Positions 9,916 through 19,185 are shown, counted from the stretch's first letter. The stretch is DNA of 61,427 bases from Bacteroidota bacterium (GCA_035914695.1 JAMIQH010000090.1:1-61427), one strand, 5' to 3'. Notes: generated by a model from the sequence alone, not told the origin. Made by a program: numbers and translations.

Positions 9916-9989
9916 GGGCCCTTAGCTCAGTTGGTTAGAGCGGTGGACTCATAATCCATTGGTCGCTGGTTCAAGTCCGGCAGGGCCCA
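9916..9989 (+). tRNA. tRNA with CAU anticodon, most likely tRNA-Ile2 (lysidine-modified) rather than elongator Met
   Basis: GGGCCCTTAGCTCAGTTGGTTAGAGCGGTGGACTCATAATCCATTGGTCGCTGGTTCAAGTCCGGCAGGGCCCA. The acceptor stem is 7 bp (GGGCCCT/AGGGCCC) and the anticodon loop is CTCATAA. The variable and T-arm segment TTGGTCGCTGGTTCAAGTCC.GCAGGG is almost identical to E. coli ileX as I recall it, and unlike metT. No CCA is encoded. Confidence 0.9.
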
Positions 9990-10029
9990 CTCCCTGCACC
10001 CAAGGCTCTTGGATGCAGTGAATGCACAC

Positions 10030-10064
10030 GGGTCGACGCTTCAGGGCGTCGACCCGCGTTTTTT
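10030..10064 (+). terminator. Rho-independent terminator after the tRNA
   Basis: Perfect 10-bp stem GGGTCGACGC / GCGTCGACCC with a 6-nt loop, followed by GCGTTTTTT. Confidence 0.8.
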
Positions 10065-10102
10065 AGGAAGAACCGTGCGTTGCCGAGCGCTTCCGGCGAT
10101 GC

Positions 10103-10399
10103 TCAGGATTGCGGGGGAACGTAATCCACTTTCGCCACGTCGCCGCTGTCGTCGATGCCGAAAAAGGCGAGCACCTGCTTGTTGAGGAAATCGTCGGTGG
10201 AGGGATCCATGAGATTCAGGCGGTATTCGTTCACCAGCATGATCTGCATTTTCATCCACTCGCCCCAGCAATCCTGACAGGCGTGTGCGAGCAACTTCTC
10301 CCGCACCTCGCCCCGATAGAAGGCGGTTTTCGTGACGGCTTCCTTCTCTCCGCCACAACGCGAACATGTAATCACTGCCATGGGATGCTCCTTGTTCAT
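10103..10399 (-). CDS. yggX: Fe(2+)-trafficking / oxidative-damage protection protein, YggX family
   Basis: MNKEHPMAVITCSRCGGEKEAVTKTAFYRGEVREKLLAHACQDCWGEWMKMQIMLVNEYRLNLMDPSTDDFLNKQVLAFFG aligns by eye with E. coli YggX (...[21 protein letters not shown]...). The start could be ATG 10399 or ATG 10381. The longer track ORF (to 10630) overlaps the upstream gene. Confidence 0.85.
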   Translation of the reverse strand: MNKEHPMAVITCSRCGGEKEAVTKTAFYRGEVREKLLAHACQDCWGEWMKMQIMLVNEYRLNLMDPSTDDFLNKQVLAFFGIDDSGDVAKVDYVPPQS

Positions 10400-10508
10400 G
10401 ATGCCATTCCAATATAACGCGCGAGGAGAGGCAATCACTCCCGACGACGGCGCGGCACGTATTGTGGAATGTCCCGGTGGCCGTTCATGCGTTCTTAGCT
10501 CGAAGCAT

Positions 10509-11150
10509 TCACGTCCAGTTCGGAAAGGTGATGTCCGCCGGATCGTCGGTGATCGTGAGGATGAAACTGCGCAGGGGGATGGGCACGAAAATATCGAAGA
10601 TCTCCTGCGTTTCCTGCCCTTCGCCCACACCGTAGCCCGTGGGAAAATCCTTCGGCCAGTCGATGGACGATGACGTGTCGTTGTATTTCGCCGGATCGCC
10701 TCCGATATAAATAATGCCGATGTTGCTCACCGCGCCGTAGAGGTTCTGGCCCTCGTTCTCCGCCATTTTATGCGCATTGACCGAGGCGAAATCCCCCAGC
10801 ACGATCACCCCCACACCGAGCGGCGGCAGATCGCGCGAAGGTGCGTAGCTGTTCAATGCCTCGGTGGGAGGAGGATTGTCGAAGGTGATGCTGAACGTCC
10901 CCGCCCCGAAATTGACCGAACCGCGACCGAACATATACGCGTAGTCCGGCGAGCCGCTGGAGACCACCCACACGCCCGAGAGTATCGCGGACGAGGGAAC
11001 GCTGATGTTTTTCTTGAACTGCACCGTGCCCGTGATCGTGAGCGATCCCGGCGGTGCCGTGGTGCTGGGATTGTCTTCGTCCTTGTCGCAGGCCACAAAC
11101 ACGCACAGCAGGCAAACAGCCAGCAAGGTGCGTCCGATGATTTCGCGCAT
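10509..11150 (-). CDS. Probable lipoprotein, function unknown
   Basis: MREIIGRTLLAVCLLCVFVAC|DKDEDNPS has a lipobox-like VFVAC. The composition is ordinary. I recognise no family. Confidence 0.7.
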   Translation of the reverse strand: MREIIGRTLLAVCLLCVFVACDKDEDNPSTTAPPGSLTITGTVQFKKNISVPSSAILSGVWVVSSGSPDYAYMFGRGSVNFGAGTFSITFDNPPPTEALNSYAPSRDLPPLGVGVIVLGDFASVNAHKMAENEGQNLYGAVSNIGIIYIGGDPAKYNDTSSSIDWPKDFPTGYGVGEGQETQEIFDIFVPIPLRSFILTITDDPADITFPNWT

Positions 11151-11368
11151 GTCTTCTCCATTGTCGTGGATATTCCATACAATGGTACCCGATGAATTTC
11201 AAATAAGCAACCACGTGGATTCATACGGGTGTAACTTTGACCACCCGGGCGTGTCATTCTTGTTGGTCCGGACGTTTACCTCTTTTTGCTCCTTGTTCCC
11301 CACGCGGAAAAGCCGTAACGTCGCGGTTACCGGTAGTATCCTCCATCCCGCATCAATCGGACGGAACC

Positions 11369-14300
11369 ATGAGCAGAGCGCTCCTTCTTCTGCTGCTCGC
11401 CAGCGCCATCAGCTTGCCACTCGCAGCGCAGCCCGCGCTGGAAATTGCGGAGCTGGAGGTCAACTATCCGCGCATTCGCGTGTATTTCAAGGCCTACTGC
11501 AACGGTGTGGTGAACAATCAGTTCCAATCGCAGGATTTCGAGCTGTACGAAAACGGCAAGCTGATGAAATCCGCGCGTCTGCATTGCTTCGACGAGCCCA
11601 CCTGTTGCGTGTCGGCGGTGCTGGTGATGGACCGGTCGGGAAGTATGGCGGGCGACAGACTGGAGAACATGAAAATCGGCGCGCGCTCCTTCGTCAACGA
11701 GATGAGTCCCAAAGGCGACAACTGCGACGAAGCAGCCGTCGTGAGTTTCAGCACGGATGTGCGCCTCGATGTGCCGATGACCTCTTCGAAGGCCCAACTG
11801 CTCGCCGGGATCAACGGTATCACCGTCCAAGGTGGCACGGCGCTATGGGACGGTGTGGCCTCGGGTATCTACGAATTGCTGCGTTCGGCGAAGAACACCT
11901 GCAAAGCGGTGATCGTGTTGTCCGACGGCGGAGACAACAGCAGCAAACAGCATACGTTGAACTCCGTGGTGGCCTATGCGAACGCGAACGGGATACGGGT
12001 GTTCACCATCGGACTCGGGTCCGGAGCGGACCGGAATCTCCCGGCGCAGGCGCAGCGCACCAACGGCCGACATTATCAAAGCGTGACAGGCAGCGACCTC
12101 GCGGCCATTTACTCGGCCATTCGCACCGGCATCATCGGTTGGAGCTTTCCGTACTGCTATCTCGAATACGAAACCGGCTGTCCCGACGGCACCGAGCGCA
12201 CGGTGGAATTGGTGCTGAAGAATTTCTGCGGTGGTACGGTGCGTCAAACCGTGCGCTACACCGCGCCGTATCTTCCCCAACTCTTCCAGAAAGTGCGACT
12301 CCGGATTGGTGAAGCCGAAGCCCCGGCGAACAGCAACGTCACCTTGCCGTTGATACTGGAGACGCCGGTCAACGGTGTATTCAGCAAGTCCACGTTTTCC
12401 GTAAGTTTCGACGAGAGCGTGCTCGAATTTCTCGGAGTGAGTGCCGCCCCGATCATGGCGGGAAAAAAATTCTCCTTCCAACGCAACGCGGGACTGATCA
12501 CCATTCGTCTCGAGGAGGACGTGGAGCTGAGCAATGTGGGTGGCGAGCTGTTCCTGCTGCATTTCCGCACCAAGGATCCCGAGCACACCGTGCGCACACC
12601 GGTGCGTCTCGACTACTGGATGTTCGACGCCTGGTGTCTCGTGCCCGAGCCGATTCCCGGATCGGTGTTGATACGCGCGCGTGAGGTGCGCTTGAGTTGC
12701 GCCACCGGCGGCGACGTGCAGGTACGCTGGAGCGAGGCGCTCAATGGCTACGATCCCACACGTTTTGATGTGACGGTGACGCTGACGAATTCCGGCAATC
12801 GCGAAATCGCCGATGTGATGGCCACGTTGGTCACGGATCCCACGGTGGTGAACGCGGTACAGCCCACGGAGTACTCGCAGCTGGTGACGCCTTCCACCAT
12901 TCTTCCGGGCGGTTCCGCGTCGGCCACCTGGCGCGTGGAAATCGTGAGTTACAAGGATTTGCGTTCCTTCCCGCTGCGCTTCCGCATCAGCGCGGGCGCG
13001 GTGATGTATGATGAATGCGAACTGTGGGTGCTGGTGGATTCCGCCCGAGGGCCGCTGATCACATGCAGTCTGGACATGCCGGATGTTTTGCTCTGGAATC
13101 AAATCGAGCGCCGCTTCGAGGGCAATCCCTTCCCCATCACCGTCACGGCACATAATGCGGGCAACATCGTTGCGCGTGGCTTGCACGCCATCTTGGAAGT
13201 GGATGCCGCGGCTTTGCGGCTGCTTTCGCCCAAGTTGCCGGACCAGGACATGACGCCGCGCGATGTGGCACCGGGCGCCGATGCGCTGGCGCAATGGAGC
13301 GTGGAAGCCCTGGGTAAGGAGTACAGTGAAAACGTGCCGGTGCGCGTCACCGTGGTATCGGAGAACATGCCCACGGTGGTGTGCGAGCGCAACGTGCGTA
13401 TCGAGGCGGCGGTGCATCCGCTGTTGAGTTGCGAGGTGGCGCTGCGGGATTCGGTGCATTGGAACGATCGCACGCGCAGCTACGAACCCGCGCAGTTTCC
13501 ACTCACGGTCACGGTATCGAACGCCGGTCTCGCCGAGGCGCGCAATGTGCGTGTCACACTGCTGACAAATGCAGGCGTGCTTCGTCGGGTCAATCCGGCG
13601 GACAGCTGGCAGTATCTCACTCCGCGCAACCTGCCCGCCGAGGGTAGCGGTAGCGCGCTGTGGACGGTCGAGGCCGTGCAGCAACTCGAAGCCACCACGT
13701 TGCAGATAGAGATACTGATCGAGGCGGACAATCACGCTCCTCGCCGCTGCTTCGCGACGCTGGTTATCGATCCCGCGCGTTTCCCCGCGCTGCAATGTGC
13801 GCTCACCGCGCCGGATACGGTGTTTTTCCGCGAGCAGTATTACGAGCCGGAGGAATTCGACGTGCAGCTCGAAGTGCGCAACGTGGGTACGGCCGCCACA
13901 CGTGACGTGCGCGCGCAGTTGTTGCAAGACACACGCTTCACCATCACGTCGCAGGCACAGTTCACCCTGGCCGACGACATGGCCGCTGGCGATGTGGCCG
14001 CTGCGGTGTTCCGCGTGCGCATGCATCCGCGCGACACCGACGGCTACGATACGCTGTGGGTGCATGTGCAGGGCGAGGACACCGATCCGCTCTGGTGTTA
14101 CCATCCCGTGTGGGTGCAACGCGTGCGCATGCCGCGCTTCGATTTGCAATGCACGCTGGAAAGTGTCGCCCCGGTGTACGACGAAGCGGCCGGCGACTAC
14201 GTCCCCAATCCCCTCCGCTTCCGGACGACGGCGGTCAACATCGGCGAAACCTGGGCCGAGGACTGTCAGGTGCTGCTTGAAGGGCAAACGCTCCTCACGC

Positions 14301-16294
14301 CCGTCGAAGGAATGCTGCGCGACATCGGCACCTTGCCGGTGGGCAGCAGCGTGCAGCTCGACTGGCACGTGCGCGTATTGCCTCGCACCGTGGCGGGCTG
14401 GGACACCTTGCGCTTCCAGGTGTTGGGACGCGGTGGACTGGGCCGGCAACTCGTGCTGGCCAATTGCGCGGTGCCGGTATTCGTGCCCGCCGCGCGCAAG
14501 GCCGGTGTCGCGCTGCAATGCGACGCGCCCGACTCGGTGCTGTACCGCGAGAAGCGCTTCGATCCCGATCCCTTGCTGTTCACTGCGCGCATCAGCAATA
14601 CGGGCAACAGTACGAGCAAGGCGCTGCGCGCCTTTGTGGAATTGCCCGCGGGCGTGGTGCCTGCGAACGGCGAGTCGCTGGAGCGCCTTATCCCGGCTCT
14701 GGATGCTGGCGCCGTGGAGGACCTGAGCTGGCGACTGCAGGCGACCTCGCGGCAGGAGAGCGCGCTCGTCGACCTCTGTGTGCGCGTGCTGGATTCGGAT
14801 GGAGGCATGGAGTATTGCTGCAGCGAGATGTTCATCGAACGCAGCAGCGACGCGGGCTTGCTACCCACCTGTTCGAGCATCGACACACTGTTTGTGGACA
14901 CACGCAACGGCGGGTATCTCGGAAATCCCTTCGACATTCACCTGCAACTGTTCAATCCCGGGACTGCCGCCGCGGAAAATGTGACCGCCACGCTGTTGCT
15001 GCCGGGCAATGCGCTGGTCGCGCTGGATTCAATAACCTGGTCTGCTGGCACATTGGCAGCAAGCGCAACGGCCCGGCATAGCTGGCGCGTCCGGGCATAT
15101 GCGCAGGACATCGCCACCGACGCCTCGTACAGCATTCTCATCACTGCCGACGGTATGCCGCTGCAGGAATGCCGTTCGTCGGTGCATTTGCAGGCCAATC
15201 CCCGCACGGCGCTCGACAGCTACTGCACGGTGGCGCCCACCGATACCGTACTATTCGATCAGACGACCGCTCTGTTCGTGCCACAGGAATTTTTCGTTAC
15301 CATGCACATCATCAACCGTGGCGTGGCCATGGCGCATGCGGTGCGCGCGCGCATTCTCACCAGCCACTCGGTGGTGCTGGCCGATGGTGAACAGCCGATC
15401 AAAGAACTACCCTCCATCGATTTGCCAGCCGGCGCCGAGGACAGTGTGCGTTGGCGCGTTCGCCCGATACGCTCGGACGAGGACGGGGTGCGCGACTTCC
15501 ATTGCCTGGCAACCAGCGTCAACGGAGCGTCGGTGGAATGCGGCACGCAGGTGTTCGTGCAGGGCGCGCGTCGTGAGATCACCGTGTCGCTGCCCGAATA
15601 CACCGTGCTCCGTTATCGCGAAAAGCAGACGCTGCCCGTGTGGATCAGCCGCACGGTGGTGGCGCAGCCGTCGGAATATCGACTCCGCCTGCACTACGAC
15701 ACCACCATGCTTCGGATTCTGGCCGCTACGTCCACAGGCACGCTCACAGGCATGGGCTGGGCGGGCACGAGCTTCATGGAGGGCTCGAAAGGCATGGTGG
15801 ATATCGCCTCCTACACCACGGCGAATCCGCTTTCCTCCGAAGCAGGCGTGCTGGTGAATCTGCTGGTCGAAGGCGCGCTGCAACGCGCAGGTGGCGCCGG
15901 ACGCTTCGCCCAATCATTGCTGCGCATCGACACAACGGTGAGCAGCTTCGATCGTGGTGCGGTATCGTACATCGCGAGGGATGGCTGGATCGTTTCCACC
16001 GACGATTGCCTCGAACCGCTGATGGCGGAGCCGGGCTATGCCTTGCGACAGAATCGTCCCAATCCTTTCAATCCGAGCACGGTTATCGAATACAGCGTGC
16101 CCGAAGACAGCCACATCCGCCTGCGCGTGTTCGACACGCATGGTCGCGAGGTGGCCGTGCTGCATGAGGGACCGGTGACGGCGGGCGTGCACAGCATTGT
16201 GTTCACCGCGCGCAATCTGCCGTCGGGCCTGTACTTCTATCGTCTCGAAAGCGGTTCGCGCGTGTTGACACGCAGCATGCTGCTGATGCGGTGA
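11369..16294 (+). CDS. Giant surface protein: VWA (MIDAS) - cohesin-like - 8 tandem Cys-bracketed modules - cohesin-like - T9SS tail
   Basis: Start moved from the track value to ATG 11369 (MSRALLLLLLASAISLPLAAQ). VWA domain: VLVMDRSGSMAGD...VVSFSTDV...GGTALWDG...VIVLSDGGDN...VFTIGLG. Cohesin-like module: VRLRIGEAEAPANSNVTLPLILETPVNGVFSKSTFSVSFDESVLEFLGVS. Second cohesin-like module: EITVSLPEYTVLRYREKQTLPVWISRTV...LRLHYDTTMLRILAATS. Tail: NRPNPFNPSTVIEYSVPEDSHIRLRVFDTHGREVAVL...LPSGLYFYRLESGSRVLTRSMLLMR. Confidence 0.9.
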   Translation: MSRALLLLLLASAISLPLAAQPALEIAELEVNYPRIRVYFKAYCNGVVNNQFQSQDFELYENGKLMKSARLHCFDEPTCCVSAVLVMDRSGSMAGDRLENMKIGARSFVNEMSPKGDNCDEAAVVSFSTDVRLDVPMTSSKAQLLAGINGITVQGGTALWDGVASGIYELLRSAKNTCKAVIVLSDGGDNSSKQHTLNSVVAYANANGIRVFTIGLGSGADRNLPAQAQRTNGRHYQSVTGSDLAAIYSAIRTGIIGWSFPYCYLEYETGCPDGTERTVELVLKNFCGGTVRQTVRYTAPYLPQLFQKVRLRIGEAEAPANSNVTLPLILETPVNGVFSKSTFSVSFDESVLEFLGVSAAPIMAGKKFSFQRNAGLITIRLEEDVELSNVGGELFLLHFRTKDPEHTVRTPVRLDYWMFDAWCLVPEPIPGSVLIRAREVRLSCATGGDVQVRWSEALNGYDPTRFDVTVTLTNSGNREIADVMATLVTDPTVVNAVQPTEYSQLVTPSTILPGGSASATWRVEIVSYKDLRSFPLRFRISAGAVMYDECELWVLVDSARGPLITCSLDMPDVLLWNQIERRFEGNPFPITVTAHNAGNIVARGLHAILEVDAAALRLLSPKLPDQDMTPRDVAPGADALAQWSVEALGKEYSENVPVRVTVVSENMPTVVCERNVRIEAAVHPLLSCEVALRDSVHWNDRTRSYEPAQFPLTVTVSNAGLAEARNVRVTLLTNAGVLRRVNPADSWQYLTPRNLPAEGSGSALWTVEAVQQLEATTLQIEILIEADNHAPRRCFATLVIDPARFPALQCALTAPDTVFFREQYYEPEEFDVQLEVRNVGTAATRDVRAQLLQDTRFTITSQAQFTLADDMAAGDVAAAVFRVRMHPRDTDGYDTLWVHVQGEDTDPLWCYHPVWVQRVRMPRFDLQCTLESVAPVYDEAAGDYVPNPLRFRTTAVNIGETWAEDCQVLLEGQTLLTPVEGMLRDIGTLPVGSSVQLDWHVRVLPRTVAGWDTLRFQVLGRGGLGRQLVLANCAVPVFVPAARKAGVALQCDAPDSVLYREKRFDPDPLLFTARISNTGNSTSKALRAFVELPAGVVPANGESLERLIPALDAGAVEDLSWRLQATSRQESALVDLCVRVLDSDGGMEYCCSEMFIERSSDAGLLPTCSSIDTLFVDTRNGGYLGNPFDIHLQLFNPGTAAAENVTATLLLPGNALVALDSITWSAGTLAASATARHSWRVRAYAQDIATDASYSILITADGMPLQECRSSVHLQANPRTALDSYCTVAPTDTVLFDQTTALFVPQEFFVTMHIINRGVAMAHAVRARILTSHSVVLADGEQPIKELPSIDLPAGAEDSVRWRVRPIRSDEDGVRDFHCLATSVNGASVECGTQVFVQGARREITVSLPEYTVLRYREKQTLPVWISRTVVAQPSEYRLRLHYDTTMLRILAATSTGTLTGMGWAGTSFMEGSKGMVDIASYTTANPLSSEAGVLVNLLVEGALQRAGGAGRFAQSLLRIDTTVSSFDRGAVSYIARDGWIVSTDDCLEPLMAEPGYALRQNRPNPFNPSTVIEYSVPEDSHIRLRVFDTHGREVAVLHEGPVTAGVHSIVFTARNLPSGLYFYRLESGSRVLTRSMLLMR
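12691..15573 (+). repeat. Eight tandem ~360-nt (about 120-aa) coding modules inside the VWA giant gene
   Basis: Module starts: LSCATGGDVQV, LITCSLDMPDVL, LLSCEVALRDSV, ALQCALTAPDTV, DLQCTLESVAPV, ALQCDAPDSVLY, LLPTCSSIDTLF, LDSYCTVAPTDT. Each has an N-terminal Cys, a CARDB-like core (for example TVTLTNSGNREIADVMATL, TVTVSNAGLAEARNVRVTL, LEVRNVGTAATRDVRAQL) and a second Cys near its end. The modules are diverged at the DNA level. Confidence 0.8.
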
Positions 16295-16412
16295 TGGTGC
16301 GGTGCTCCGAATTCTCCCTCGGTCCGCGAACGCAAATTGCGCGTTTGACCACGCGCTGCGCTTGATGTACAAGGGCCTTGTGTGCAAGGCAAGCACTCTC
16401 GTGTGTTGAAGC

Positions 16413-16598
16413 ATGGAACGTGGCATCATCAAAAAATATCGCTTGCATGAACAACCCAAGCCCACACCCGTCCCCGGAACTCCCGAGGAGCGCATGGACA
16501 TGGTGTGGGAATTGACACGTGAACTCTGCTCTCTTTCTCCCACGCTGGATGCTGAACGCCCGTTGCAACGACATATAACACGCCTCATCAAGCGCTGA
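16413..16598 (+). CDS. Small hypothetical protein (61 aa) in a lower-GC gap
   Basis: MERGIIKKYRLHEQPKPTPVPGTPEERMDMVWELTRELCSLSPTLDAERPLQRHITRLIKR. The TPEER(L/M)..(V/L)WEL...RLxR...R pattern resembles a widespread small protein or N-terminal module that I cannot name. There is no clear RBS. Confidence 0.4.
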   Translation: MERGIIKKYRLHEQPKPTPVPGTPEERMDMVWELTRELCSLSPTLDAERPLQRHITRLIKR

Positions 16599-16774
16599 GT
16601 CCGGGCGTGTACCACTGATTGCATTCGCTGAGCCAGGCACAACGCGGTCTGCATCAACGTCGACATCGATGGGCGTATCATGCCTTCAGTGGAGAACGTG
16701 GCCGCCGCCTCAAGCACGCTGCCGAACACTCCCCTCCCTCTCGATTTTCTCTGGATGCAATTCCCGGTAGGAAT

Positions 16775-18175
16775 TTACACGCGACCCAATTGCGCCAGCG
16801 CCGCATCGGCGATGGCGTGGGCGGATTTCACGCAATCGCCCACGGATATTCCTCCGCGATAATTCGCGCAGAAGATCAGCCCGGGGCGCTCGGCCTCGGC
16901 TTCGTCCACGGCGCGCATGGTGCCGAGATGACCGCGCACGTACTGCGGTATGGCGCGCTTCCAGCTGGTGACATGCGCGAAGGCAGGCTGTGCGGGTGTG
17001 CCGAGCAGCGCCTGCTGCTCCGCGAGCGCCGTGGCAAGAATGTCGTCGTGGGATTTCAGCGCCTCGTCGGGTTGGCGCATGCCGCCCACGAAGGTCGTGA
17101 GCAAGGCGTGACCGTCGGGAGCGCGGTCGGAGAAAATACTGCTGGAGAAAATGGTGCCGAGTATGCGGCGCCCTTCGACACGCGGAATCAGAAAACCGAA
17201 ACCATCCAGCGCATGCATGCCCGGCGCGGGTGCGAAGCCCGTGAGCACTTCGGCCACAGGCGGATAGGGAATGGCCTCGAGCAGCGGCGATAAAGCGGGC
17301 AGCAAAGGCGATGACAGCCGCGCGGCCGCATCGGCGGGAACGGCGAGCACGACCACCGGCGCCGCAACGCTCTCCGACACGCCGTCGCTGCCGTAGCGCA
17401 CCGTGAAGCAAGCATCGCTCTGGCTCGCGTCGTGTTCAATGCGTTCGATGTTCACGCCGGTGCGCACGTCGGCAAGTCGTGCGGCAATGGCGTCGGTAAG
17501 CGTCTGCATGCCGTCGCGGAACGAGAACATGCGCGCGCTTTGCTTGCTTTCCTCGCCCCGCCGCTTGCGCTCGCGCGCGCCACGAATTGTGCCTTTGATC
17601 AAACTGCCGTACTTCTGCTCGAGCGCATGCAGTTTGGGAAACGCGGCGCGCACATCGAGTTGCTCGGGATCGCCCGCGTACACGCCGGCCACGAAGGGAT
17701 TGATTGCATAGTCGAGAAACTCCCGCCCCAGGCGCCTGCGCACGAACTCCGCCACGCTCTCTTCGGCATCGGGAGCCGAAGGCGGGATAAAGGGCTCGCG
17801 GAACAGACGAAGCTTCGCCTTGCCGGAGAACAAGGTGCTGCGCACGAATGCAGGCGGCGACATGGGCAAGGCGCGCAGCTGTCCGTCGCGGAGGATGTAG
17901 CGATTCTTCGAACTGTCGTTCGCATACAGCTTGCCGTGCTCCACGCCCACGTCGCGGATGAGTTCGGTGAGCAGTGGCGTGGTTTCGAGCGTGCTGTTGG
18001 GTCCGGCTTCGATCAGCCAGCCGTCGCGGCGTTCGCTGCGAATGGCCCCACCCACGCGTGGCGCGGCTTCCAACAGCAGCACCCGCTTCCCCGCGCGCTG
18101 CAATAGCAGCGCCGTCGTCAATCCGGAAATTCCCGCGCCCACAACAATGGCGTCAACACGCTGCGTATCATTCAT
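16775..18175 (-). CDS. hemY: HemY-family FAD-dependent protoporphyrinogen/coproporphyrinogen oxidase
   Basis: MNDTQRVDAIVVGAGISGLTTALLLQRAGKRVLLLEAAPRVGGAIRSERRDGWLIEAGPNS carries the GxGxxG dinucleotide fold. It is about 466 aa. Start ATG 18175 overlaps the hemH stop (ATGA). Confidence 0.9.
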   Translation of the reverse strand: MNDTQRVDAIVVGAGISGLTTALLLQRAGKRVLLLEAAPRVGGAIRSERRDGWLIEAGPNSTLETTPLLTELIRDVGVEHGKLYANDSSKNRYILRDGQLRALPMSPPAFVRSTLFSGKAKLRLFREPFIPPSAPDAEESVAEFVRRRLGREFLDYAINPFVAGVYAGDPEQLDVRAAFPKLHALEQKYGSLIKGTIRGARERKRRGEESKQSARMFSFRDGMQTLTDAIAARLADVRTGVNIERIEHDASQSDACFTVRYGSDGVSESVAAPVVVLAVPADAAARLSSPLLPALSPLLEAIPYPPVAEVLTGFAPAPGMHALDGFGFLIPRVEGRRILGTIFSSSIFSDRAPDGHALLTTFVGGMRQPDEALKSHDDILATALAEQQALLGTPAQPAFAHVTSWKRAIPQYVRGHLGTMRAVDEAEAERPGLIFCANYRGGISVGDCVKSAHAIADAALAQLGRV

Positions 18176-19185
18176 CGCCGAGCGTCCCCCAGTTGTGCGC
18201 GCCGTTGCATGCGCTCGATGATCTGCCGCGCGAGCGCATCGATGTAGAGCGTGGAATCGTTCAGGGCGGGCATGACTTCGAATTGCCGCATGCCGCAATG
18301 TTCCGCGGTGTGGCGCAATTCGATGTTCAATTCATGCAGCGTTTCGATATGATCGGTGACGAAGGCCACAGGCACCACAAGCATATCGCGCACACCGTCG
18401 CGCGCGAGTTCCTCGGTTTTTTTTACCGTATCGGGTTCCAGCCATTTCGCCGGTCCCACCTTGCTCTGGAAGCTGAGATGATACGGCAGCGCATCCGTAC
18501 GCAGCCGCATTACCTCCTCCACCGTTGCGCGAATCTGTTTCGAGTAAGGATCGCCCTGCTCCACCAGCTTCACGGGCGTGCCATGGGCGCTGAACAGCAG
18601 CGTCACTCCCCCGCGCCTCTCGGCGGGAAATCGCCGCAGCCCTTCGTCGATGCGCTGATTGATGGCGGCGAGGAAATCCGGATGCACATGGTAGGATTTC
18701 ACGCTCTGCACCCGGAAGCGGCGCGCACCGCGCGTGCGCTGCACATCGCGCCAGGTTTTGAAACAGGAGCCCGTGGTGGTTTTCGAATAATGCGGATACA
18801 GCGGCATCAGAAACACCTCGCGGTAGCCATCCTCGTCCAGACGCTGCATTGCCTCGGCGATGAAGGGATGCCAGTAGCTGAAGCCCACCTCCACGCGCAC
18901 ACGCAGCATGCCGGCATAGTAGGCGCGCAGGCGATCCTGCAAGGCGTCGGCCTGCTGCCGCGAGAGTTCGGCGATGGGCGATTTGCCGCCGATCATTGCG
19001 TAGTTCTTTTTCACGATTTCCGCGCGCTTTTTCGCGATGAAACGCGCCAACGGCTTGCGCGCGAACTCCATCGGCCCGAAGGAAATGATTTCCTTGTCGA
19101 GGAAAAGATTCTCGAGAAAGGGACGCACGGCGTCCAGCGAGGTCGGACCGCCCATGTTGAGAAGAATGACGCCGAGATCGTTCAT
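18172..19185 (-). CDS. hemH: Ferrochelatase
   Basis: MNDLGVILLNMGGPTSLDAVRPFLENLFLDKEIISFGP...YWHPFIAEA...SAHGTP. An alternative start at ATG 19215 would add 10 aa. Confidence 0.92.
   Translation of the reverse strand: MNDLGVILLNMGGPTSLDAVRPFLENLFLDKEIISFGPMEFARKPLARFIAKKRAEIVKKNYAMIGGKSPIAELSRQQADALQDRLRAYYAGMLRVRVEVGFSYWHPFIAEAMQRLDEDGYREVFLMPLYPHYSKTTTGSCFKTWRDVQRTRGARRFRVQSVKSYHVHPDFLAAINQRIDEGLRRFPAERRGGVTLLFSAHGTPVKLVEQGDPYSKQIRATVEEVMRLRTDALPYHLSFQSKVGPAKWLEPDTVKKTEELARDGVRDMLVVPVAFVTDHIETLHELNIELRHTAEHCGMRQFEVMPALNDSTLYIDALARQIIERMQRRAQLGDARR

Noticed and set aside
9578-10102. tRNA locus as a genomic-island or prophage integration site.
   Set aside because: There is no integrase, no direct repeat of the tRNA 3' end and no compositional island on either side. 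The neighbouring genes (nfu, yggX) are housekeeping.
11843-14518. 891-aa minus ORF. Similar long antisense ORFs: 21684..23537, 25526..27877, 30938..33655, 51541..53343, 55119..57233.
   Set aside because: Each lies opposite a gene with strong family signatures (the VWA giant, hemC/hemD, S9, S8, the TonB receptor and the Gly-rich giant). They have His/Arg/Gly/Ala-rich low-information sequences.
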